Below, in pieces: positions 54,469-64,000 of a stretch of DNA of 64,000 bases (position 1 is its first letter; each line of letters opens with the position of its first letter). The position numbers and the translations under genes are program-made. Below the pieces are notes generated by a model that saw only the letters and a list, made by a program, of their open reading frames with translations, made no database searches and was not told the DNA's origin. Location: assembly GCF_006345805.1 (NCBI RefSeq), contig NC_043000.1, positions 2,418,001-2,482,000 on the forward strand. The letters run 5' to 3'. This DNA comes from Octopus sinensis (Eukaryota).

Positions 54469-55004
54469 GCCATCGTAAATATGTAAAGATACAAAGCAAA
54501 AGAAAGTCTTTATGTGTTTGTGTGTGTATGTATATGCATATATAAAAAATTTTATGTTTCGTTGCCTTTGTATTCAAGTATATATATATTTATACACTCA
54601 CACAAATGTATATATTATCATCATTATCATTTATTGTCCACTGGTCTATGCTCGTATAGGTCAGAGAGAATTTGTTGAGTCAGATTTTCTGTGGCTGAAT
54701 GCCCTTCCTCTATCCAATCTTCACTTGTTTCCAAACAAAGTAATATTTTCTCATAGCTAGACATGTTTTTCATGGGTAACTGGAAATGGAAAACCTCACT
54801 TGTATGGTGGTGATGTTTATCGGTATCTAGATAAGTGTACAGTCAAACAAATAAGCAAACACACACACACACACACATCCTCTTTTAGTTTCCATCTACC
54901 AAATCCACTCATAAGGCTTTGGTCAGCCAGTGCTATCATAGAAGACATGTGACTGAACCCAAGACCAGATATTAGGGGAGGTGACCAGACAAGCAGACTT
55001 GTTT

Positions 55005-55910
55005 ATGATACGTACATACATAGTGGTTATCTATTCCTTATGCAGAGTTTGACCACCTCCTGTACCTACACCTTAGCACAGCACCATCATGGCATCTGAT
55101 GTGGCTTTTTAAACCAGACAATGTTCTGAAAAGACACCCACATAGATTGCAAATCCGATTTGGACCACCAATAGCTGCAGATAAGTTCTGATCTTTGTGG
55201 ATCTTCAAATGTCTTTCGAGGCCGCCGTTAGATTTGCGAAACTTCTGGCATACACTGCATTCAAAGGTGTGCACAGACATATAGGCTGAATAGTTGGTGG
55301 GAGTTTGTTTTCCACGGGTTTGCAAAAGAGATTTGAGCCCAGCAAAAGAAAGGCATGGTCTGTCACAAACTGTGCATGCAAAAAGGTCATTGTCATTCAC
55401 CTTCTCGATCATAACATTCTTCCTTAGATCTTTTTTGAGTTTTACATGCGTTATCTTGGCCTCTTCAAATGCTTTCACTCCACTCCACACTTTTGTTCGC
55501 CATCCTACTCGATGTGAACCAAGGGTTTCTATGTCTTATGGATCCATTCCAAGTGACTTCATAGTAGTCCTTAAACCTTTTTTTAGGTTTACGCCAATAG
55601 CGTTTCCCCTCTGCAAGCTCATCATAGAACAGCTGTTTCGGCATGCATTCATCTGCCATTTGAAAAGTATGGCCATGCCATCTCATTTGGTCCCTCAAAA
55701 TCATAGATTTAATTGAAGTGATGCCTTCAGATGCAAGGACATCTGTGTTTGAAGTAAAAGAAAAAACTTCATTTAATTTTTAAAATGCGATGAAGGCATT
55801 TTTGGTGGAATTGTTCTAACAATTTAAAATGCCTTTCATAACAAGTCCAAGCTTCACAGGAATACAACAGGGACGGTAAGACAAATGATTGTAAAGAGCC
55901 AGCTTTGTAA
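55005..55910 (-). mobile_element. RTE/BovB-like LINE 3' fragment with C-terminal C2H2 fingers
   Basis: LYSCEAWTCY..LEQFHQKCL..QMRWHGH..MPKQLFYDEL..KPKKRFKD motifs followed by three CxxC-type fingers; frameshifted. Confidence 0.85.
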
Positions 55911-57491
55911 TCTTATTTATATGTTACTGGCACCAAACACATGATTCCAAGCCACCAAATGCATTTGCTGCCCTTTGAATTTGCAGATGTATTTCTGTAT
56001 CAAAATTTCCATCATTTTGTACAGAGCTTCTGAAAAAAATTTTTTTGTTTGTATGTATGTATGTATGTGTGTGTGTGTGTGTGTGGAGAAAGAGAGAGAT
56101 TGATGCTGATATATATATATATATATATATAATATATATATATACACATACACACACACATATCTTTATCAATGAGTGTATGTGTGTATATGTATACATC
56201 TATGTGTGTTTAATTATGTATGTTTAGATGTACAATGTCAATATAATTATCTGGAACACTTAAAGTCAGTGTACTAGCATGGCCTTAGTTCAGTCAGTGA
56301 CTGAAACCAGTTAAAGAATAAAAGAATGCTGAATTAATAAATAATCAATATGATTTAACTAAAACACACTGATTTCTGTTTTCGCAACAGAATTTCAGAT
56401 TCCCTGCAAAGCAGATGCTAGAAATAAGATAGATTGAAACATATTGCAAAGTACTAATACTATAAGACACATCACACACCTTATGAGCAACAGATACGAC
56501 ACACATAGAAATATATTGACACAAAATGTGCATGTGTGCATGAAAGGTAGACTAGAATAGAGGTGAACTGAAAGAAATACTTGGTATTAAAACTATCAGC
56601 CAGTGTATGGGGGAGACATGACTGTTAGTTTGGGCATGTGTTGTGGATGCATGTTAATAATGCTGAGTGAAAATGTGTAGGAGATTCCTAAAGGACAGGA
56701 AATCCCAAAGAAGATATGGGTAGGTAGGTAGGGCAAGACCAATGTTAATGATATTCAACTCCATAAACAAGGCGGCGAGATGGCAGAAACGTTAGCACGC
56801 CAGGCAAAATGCATAGCCGTATTTCGTCTGCCTTTAAGTTCTGAGTTCAAATTCAGCCGAGGTCGACTTTGCCTTTCATCCTTTCGGGGTCAATAAATTA
56901 AGTACTAGTTACGTACTGGGGTTGATGTAATCGACTTAATCCGTTTGTCTGTCCTTGTTTGTCCCCTCTATATTTAGCCCCTTGTGGGTAATAAAGAAAC
57001 AGATATTCAACTCCATAGACTTTTTGATAGGATAAACAATCCAGAGTATGATGATAGATATGTAGCAATTTATTCCAACATGAACTGGAGACAATGATAA
57101 TGATTATGACTGTACTTAGCTAAGACAACGTATTATGATCAGAAAGGCATTGTCTTAGCTAAGACAATGTATTATGATCAATGCCAAAAAAACACAATGT
57201 CTTAAATACTGCTGGTCATGTATACATTATAGTGTAGAACTAGTCAATATAGAGAAGAACAGAAACATGAATCTTACAATGACAAGATTATTTGCTAGTT
57301 TATTTTGTCCTTTTGTCTTCTCTCCTGATGCTGTATGAACATTTAATGTGGTTTTAGAGTCAAGTTTTGGTTGCTATTTCCCACCTCTTAGATACCCTAA
57401 ATTATAATTTTAATAATAATTATTACCTTTGAAGGTTTTTATTCCTATCCTGGCCACTTGATAAGATCGCTATTTAAATTAACGATCTTAT

Positions 57492-57534
<43 letters not shown>

Positions 57535-57542
57535 ATATATAT

Positions 57543-57950
57543 AGGCGTAGGAGTGGCTGTGTGGTAAGTAGCTTGCTTACAAACCACATCGTTCCGGGTT
57601 CAGTCCCACGGCGTGGCACCTTGGGTAGGTGTCTTCTACTATAGCCTCGGGCCGACCAAAGCCTTGTGAGTGGATTTGGTAGATGGAAACTGAAAGAAGC
57701 CCGTCATATATATGTATATATATGTATGTGCATGGTTGTGTGTCTAGGTTTGTCCCCCCAACATCACTTAACAACCGATGCTGGTGTGTTTACGTAACTT
57801 AGCGGTTCGGCAAAAAAGATACCGATAAAATAAGTACTAGGCTTTCAAAGAATAAGTCCTGGGGTCGATTTGATCGACTAAAGGCGGTGCTCCAGCATGG
57901 CCACAGTCACATGACTGAAACAAGTAAAAGAGTAAAAGAGAGTAAAAGAG
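57543..57950 (+). mobile_element. SINE family C (CORE-like, internal TA/TG microsatellite); other copies 5382-5810(-), 17525-17995, 26075-26485, 40526-40972(-), 41445-41882(-), 44590-45020(-), 59488-59897(-), 60069-60478, 60662-61279(-), 62509-63227(-)
   Basis: tRNA-like head TGGCTGTGTGG..GGTTCAGTCC, CORE-like ACCTTGGGCAAGTG..AGCCTC, 3' GGTGCTCCAGCATGGCC hairpin and (GTAAAAGA)n tail. Confidence 0.9.
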
Positions 57951-57959
57951 TATAGATAT

Positions 57960-58190
57960 AGAGAGATTCAGATGAATATGGTACTTAAGTTGAGGCCCCA
58001 GAATTTAGTACGGTATTATCCATACAATTTCAAAGTAAGGTGATTAAAATCAAAATAAGCAACAAGGATATCCAGAGGTAATGCAGTACAATCGTTTACG
58101 ATGTAATGGTTGCATTGTTCAATTAAATGGAGTTGCATGAAACAATCGTACTACATTACCTCTGGATATCCTGGTTGCTTATTTTGATCC
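57960..58190. mobile_element. Inverted pair of Penelope-like pLTR fragments, same family as 15875-16090
   Basis: 57975-58098 is the reverse complement of ~15958-16075. 58100-58188 is the + copy with GAAACAATCGTA. The arms ggatatccagaggtaatg / cattacctctggatatcc form an inverted repeat. Confidence 0.6.
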
Positions 58191-59691
58191 ATATATATAT
58201 ATATATATATATATATATGGTCAAAATGATCATATATATAACTTACCAAATATACATATCTTATAATAATTCTGCTTCTTCTTTGATTATTCAGTCTGTC
58301 CGTAACACTTCCATGTGATTAGTTGGAGGGGGAAGGAGGAGGGGGGAGACGGGGAGGGGAGGGAAAGATGGTGGTGAGTGAAATGTGTAATTTATTTTTT
58401 GAACTTATTTTTGTTCCTCCGTTACGTAGCCCGTCTGTAATGTTTTTACGTAATTAGTGGACAGTTCATGGATTGCAGGATGGCCTGCTGTGCTTACCTT
58501 GGATCGTAGGGCGACCTGCTGTGCTTGAGGAGACCTATTGAGTCAAGTACATCAACATCAAAAAATGAAATGGAAATTGTAGTTGTGATACTTATTGTGT
58601 GTATGTGTGTGTGTACGTGTGTAAGTTCCAGTAACTTAGCAGTTTAGTAAAAGAAACTAATAGAAAAAGTATCAGACTTAAAAATAAGCTCTAGGGTCAA
58701 TTTGTTCAATTAAACCATTCATGGCCACAATCAAATGATCAAAACAAGTAAAAGATAGAAGAGAGAGAGTGTGTGGTGTGTGTGTGTGTGTGTGTGCGCG
58801 TGTGCATGTGTGTGTGTATGTGTGTGTGTCTAGAATGGTGTGAGATGAAGCAAATGTCCTTGATGGAGGGTAAGAAATGATTTAAATATTGGTCATGGCT
58901 GAAAGAGTTCAGAGAGCAGTTGAAGCAGCTGGTGGATTTAGAGCGGAGTTTCTCTACCATCTTTTGCCTAACAATACCTTTGATTCCTATTTTTTTCTAC
59001 TGGACTTCCAAAGTCGTTTGCTGTATATAGAAGAAAATTTTACTGTATTTTTGTAATTAAATATTATTAGATCAAAAAATCAAATGGAAATTGTAGTTGT
59101 GATACCTGTGCTGGTGGCACGTAAAAAGCACCATCTGAACGTGGCCGATGCCAGTGCTGCCTTGACTGGCTTCCATGCCGGTGGCACGTAAAAACCATCA
59201 ACCAATCGTGACCATTTGTCAGCCTCCCCTGGCACCTGTGCTGGTGGCACGTAAAAGCACACATTACACTCACAGAGTGGTTGGCGTTAGAAAGAGCATC
59301 CAGCTGTAGAAATACTGCCAGATCAGACTGGAGCCTGGTACAGCCTCCATGGCTTCCCAGACCCCGGTCAAGCTGTCCAACCCATGCTAGCATGGAAAAC
59401 GGACATTAAACAATGATGATAATGAAAGGCGAAGAGTGAAAGAAAAAGAGGGTAAGGCAAAGAATGAGAGAGGAAGAGGGAAAGTGTTACTCTTTTACTT
59501 GTTTCAGTTATTTTGACTGCGGCCATGCTGCAGCACCGCCTTTAGTCGAGCAAATCGAACCCGGGACTTATTCTTTGTAAGCCCAGTGCTTATTCTATCG
59601 GCTTCTTTTGCCGAACCGCTAAGTGACGGGGACGTAAACACACCAGCATCGGTTGTCAAGCAATGCTAGGGGGACAAACACAGACACACAA

Positions 59692-59732
<41 letters not shown>

Positions 59733-60229
59733 TACGACAGGCTTCTTTCAGTTTCCGTCTACCAAATCCACTCACAAGGCATTGGTCGGCCCGGGGCTAT
59801 AGCAGAAGACACTTGCCCAAGATGCCACGCAGTGGCACTGAACCCGGAACCATGTGGTTGGTTAGCAAGCTACTTACCACACAGCCACTCCTGCGCCTGT
59901 TGTGTATTAAGTCTATAGAATTGTGCATAAAGTATATAAAGTGCATTAAGCAATCATCATATTCCAATTTCCTGCACTTTCCAATGATTATCAGATGAAC
60001 AACTATCTTTTGATACAGTCACAACACAGGCTATGCTTTCAGGTTTTTTGAATAAAGTTTTCAGAAATAGGCGCAGGAGAGGCTGTATGGTAAGTAGCTT
60101 GCTTACCAACCACATGGTTCCGGGTTTAGTCCCACTGCGTGGCATTTTGGGCAAGTGTCTTCTATAACCTTGGATCAACTAAAGCCTTGTGAGTAGATTT
60201 GGTAGACGGAAACTGAAAGAAGCCTGTCG

Positions 60230-60276
<47 letters not shown>

Positions 60277-61100
60277 TTGTGTGTCTGTGTTTGTCCCCCC
60301 AACATCGCTTGACAACCGATGCTGGTGTGTTTACGTCCCCGTCACTTAGCGGTTCGGCAAAAGAGACCGATAGAATAAGTACTGGGCTTACAAAGAATAA
60401 GTCCTGGGGTCGACTAAAGGCGGTGCTCCAGCATGGCCGCAGTCAAATGACTGAAACAAGTAAAAAGAGAAAAAGAGAACCCAATAAGCTTACAATTAAT
60501 TCCATGAAATATTCACTGGTCCTGCTGGTACCTACTATTCTTTAAGAATAGTATTCTTTAAGAAGAATAGTATTGATAGTGACTTCGAAGTTTCAACCAG
60601 CTAACCCATCATCAGACTGTGGTACAGCTAGCAGAAAATTTTGAAGTCACTCATAACACTATTCTTTACTCTTTTACTTGCTGCAGTCATTTGACTGAAG
60701 CCATGCTGGAGCACTGCTTTTAGTCGAGCAAATCGACCCTAGGACTTATTCTTTGTAAGCCTCATACTTATTCTATCAGTCTCCTTTGCCGAACCGCTAA
60801 GTTACAGGGATGTAAACACACCAGCATCGGTTGTCAAGCGGTGAGCTGGCAGAATCGTTAGCACGCCGGGCGAAATGCGTAGCGGTATTTCGTCTGCCGT
60901 TACGTTGTGAGTTCAAATTCCGCCGAGGTCGACTTTGCCTTTCATCCTTTCGGGGTCGATAAATTAAGTACCAGTTATGCACTGGGGTCGATGTAATCGA
61001 CTTAATACCTATGTCTGTCCTTGTTTGTCCCCTCTGTGTTTAGCCCCTTGTGGGTAATAAAGAAATAGGTTGTCAAGCGATGTTTTGGGGACAAACACAG

Positions 61101-61132
<32 letters not shown>

Positions 61133-61744
61133 GATAGGCTTCTTTCAGTTTCCATCTACCAAATCCACTCACAAGGCTTTGGTTAGCCTGAGGCTATAGT
61201 AGAAGACACTTCAGTGGGACTGAACCCGGAACCATGTGGTTCGTAAGCAAGCTACTTACCACACAGCCACTCCTGCACCTTGTTAAAGAATTATGATTTT
61301 GTGCTCTACCAAATGTATTGAGTAATCCTTCAACTTAGTTTTAAATCCTTTTTATTATAACATAAAAACAAACATTTATTTATTCATTTATATTTCTTTC
61401 TTTCTCTCCCCCAACTCTCTCTCTCTCTCTCTCTTCTGCTTTTAATCATTTAAATTCTCTTGCTGAAGAAGGAGCTGGTTTCTAGCAAAAATACAAAGCT
61501 CCAACATTGAAATGTAGGCGAGAAAAGCAATGTCACATTTTAAACCTGAGAAAAGTCTTGCATCAGTCCATGCATCCAATCTTCAGAGAAAACATGCCTA
61601 ACTAGGAGGAACATTACTCTGCTTTGAAAACAAGGAAGTATTGGCTACAGGAAGAGCATCTGAGTATTGAAAATCTTCTTCAATTAATTCAGTCTCACCC
61701 ATGGAAGCTTGGAAAAGTGGACTTTAAAATGATAATTATAATTG

Positions 61745-61961
61745 TAACTTGCACTATGACCCGGCAACGCTGGGTCATAGTGCTAGTGCATGCATATACA
61801 GCTGCGTGCGTGTGCACCTACACGCGAGTACTGTCCAAATCTCCGACTAATTACATACAGCTAGCTGGCATTCAATTGGCATATCAAGTTTCAGGCATTT
61901 TGATTGGGTTTTCGATAGAAAATTCACAAAAAAGTCACTTCTATTGATTTTTTTATGGCTT

Positions 61962-61994
<33 letters not shown>

Positions 61995-62450
61995 TGTGTA
62001 CAGTGCTCAGGTGCACTACAACTCATCTAAAGTGTATATATAATCAGGTGTAGTTTCGGCGGATTTCGGAAAGCATGAGGGCCTTAAAGGATGCAGTGTC
62101 ATGGCAGTCAACAACTGATGCAGGCAGTTTATTCCATGCTTCAGCAACTCTGAGCGTGAAAAAATGTTTCCGAAAGTCATGGGAGCTGTGTTGTTTTCTG
62201 ACTTTGTAGGCATGTCCACGTGTGTTAGACACATGGAGATCAAAAAGGTGTTCAGTGTTGTTGTTGGTGAGGTGGTTGATAACTTTGTGGGTGTTTACCA
62301 AGTCCGACTGGGGAAATGTAAAGATGTGCACGACCACCCTTGGACAGTTTTGAATGACCATAGAAAGTGTGAGCCCTCTAACTGAAAAATTGTGGATCTG
62401 TATAAAGGACACACAGACAGACATTTTGCCGTTTATATATATAGAGAGAT
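61745..62450 (-). mobile_element. Helitron-like element containing the CR1 fragment
   Basis: Minus-strand 5' tctctctatatatataaacggc..ctgtctgtgtgt. Terminal palindrome cactatgacccggcaacgctgggtcatagtg with CTAG/CAAG ends. Confidence 0.55.
61964..62300 (-). mobile_element. CR1-clade LINE 3' end, same family as 9888-10207
   Basis: Near-identical sequence, TRGH..FFTLRVAEAWNKLP motif, (TTA)n tail. Confidence 0.85.
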
Positions 62451-62738
62451 TATTCTTATTTAATTCACTTAATTAATTCAGTTGTTAAAATTAACTTGAT
62501 TGGTTTTATTACTCTTTACTTGTTTCAGTCATTTGACTGCGGCCATGCTGGAACACCGCCTTTAATCGAGCAACTTGACCCCGGGACTTATTCTTTTGTA
62601 AGCCCAGTACTTATTCTATCGGTCTCTTTTGCCGAACTGCTAAGTAACGGGGACATAAACACACCAGCATCGGTTGTCAAGCAATGCTAGGGGGACAAAC
62701 ACAGACACACAAACACACACATACATATATATATATAT

Positions 62739-63002
62739 TAAGTGTAGGAAGAAATGGAGCTGAACGAAGATTTAACAAAATTCCTTTTTATTATTTTCTA
62801 CATATGTTTCAAAGGCTGCAAAGTCCCTAATTCGGATTGAATAAGGAGACCATTTTGCAGCCTTCTCTTCAGGAAAATCCAGGAACTTAATTCTCCAACA
62901 AGATGCACAGCAAGCTTTTCGACAAACGCTCACGAGGAGCCCAGGTATCGGTTATCATTTGAATAATCCGTAACAAGATAATTCATTTATCCATTTCAAT
63001 AA
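62739..63002 (-). mobile_element. Penelope-like element pLTR fragment inserted in the (TA)n tract of a SINE
   Basis: Unique ~260-bp segment between two (TA)n runs. It splits a family-C SINE and carries the hammerhead plus AATAAA. Confidence 0.65.
62793..62878 (-). ncRNA. Minimal type I hammerhead ribozyme (Penelope-like element type), apparently intact
   Basis: Minus strand: AUUUUC-CUGAAGA-GAAGGCUGCAAA..UUUGCAGCCUUU-GAAA-CAUAUG-UA^GAAAAU. Stem I 6 bp, stem II 12 bp, palindromic stem III (ACAUAUGU), GUA cleavage triplet, AATAAA immediately downstream. Confidence 0.85.
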
Positions 63003-63003
63003 T

Positions 63004-63037
<34 letters not shown>

Positions 63038-63402
63038 ATTATATATATATACATATAAATAAACGACGGGCTTCTTTCAGTTTCCGTCTACCAAATCCAC
63101 TCACAAGGCTTTGGTCAGCCCGGGGCTATGGTAGAAGACACTTGCCCAAGGTGCCACGCAGTGGGACTGAACCCGGAATCATGTGGTTGGTTAGCAAGCT
63201 ACTTACCACACAGCCACTCCTGCGCCTATATATAGAGATTAGTCTTACTTAATTCACTTACTTAATTCAGTTGTTAAAATTAACTTAATTGGCTTTATTA
63301 CTAAACTACATCCTTACCACCTGCAATTAATTGCATCTGTATACATTGACATTGAAATGATCAACATCATTTGCAGCACTGCATTATAGCCTTCAAAACA
63401 CA

Positions 63403-63903
63403 TCTTTATATATAAAAGTGAAGTTGTGTGTCTGTCTAATCCGATTTAGATTCCTAACTACTCCCACACTACTCCCGGTGCAGTTTAACCAAAACCGGGT
63501 ATCTTATAGTCGTGATTCATATCGAGCCCTTCTGGGTATTAGTGCGTGTCTACGATGAGTCTACGATTTTAAAAATAATTTACCATCATTTTTTTCCATT
63601 TTAATGCATTTTTTCGCTATTATATAAGGGAAGTAACTCTCTAAAAATGTCTACAATGAGTCTACGATTTAAAAAAAAATTTACCATCATTTTTTTCCAT
63701 TTTAATGCATTTTTTTCGCTATTATATAAGGGAAGTAACTCTCTAAAAATGTCTACAATGAGTCAATGATTTAAAAAAAAATTTACCATCATTTTTTTTC
63801 CATTTTTAATGCATTTTTTGCTATTTTTTTACTATAACTCTCTAAAAATGCTTATATACTTATTTCCCTTACAAACCCGAGCAACGCCGGGCGATACTGC
63901 TAG
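63403..63903 (+). mobile_element. Non-autonomous Helitron with internal ~97-bp tandem repeat
   Basis: 5' TC, subterminal hairpin cccgagcaacgccggg, 3' CTAG, inserted between A and T. Confidence 0.85.
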
Positions 63904-64000
63904 TTCTTAATACATGCAAACTCCTGGTATTAATTGAAATGCATCATTCTTTTACGTATAGCCAAACTGTAGTTATCGTTGTCATGGTTGTTTTAATATC

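Overview
Eukaryotic, AT-rich, repeat-dense DNA. I recognise the SINE families and microsatellite load as octopus-like; this is from recall and was not checked by search. The only convincing host coding sequence is a 66-nt + strand exon (23627-23692, SPRNPHQKLVKRIIALEGDNIR) of IMMP2L, so most of the window appears to be two very large introns. These are filled with four SINE-like families, RTE and CR1 LINE 3' ends, a mariner relic, Helitrons, TTAA-flanked MITEs, microsatellites and local duplications. Nearly all other ORF-track entries are repeat artefacts. Three signals stand out. (1) A family of minimal hammerhead ribozymes of Penelope-like type sits in (TA)n tracts; one looks intact (62793-62878, minus strand). 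(2) A ~1.05-kb non-coding block occurs twice at ~99% identity with diverged flanks. On the minus strand it reads as a candidate C/D snoRNA (guide complementary to 28S rRNA), a 3' splice site, a terminal exon and a poly(A) signal, i.e. a possible duplicated antisense snoRNA-host gene nested in IMMP2L. (3) A decayed 26-aa LRR coding relic and an 8-unit SINE array with a ~108-bp target duplication.
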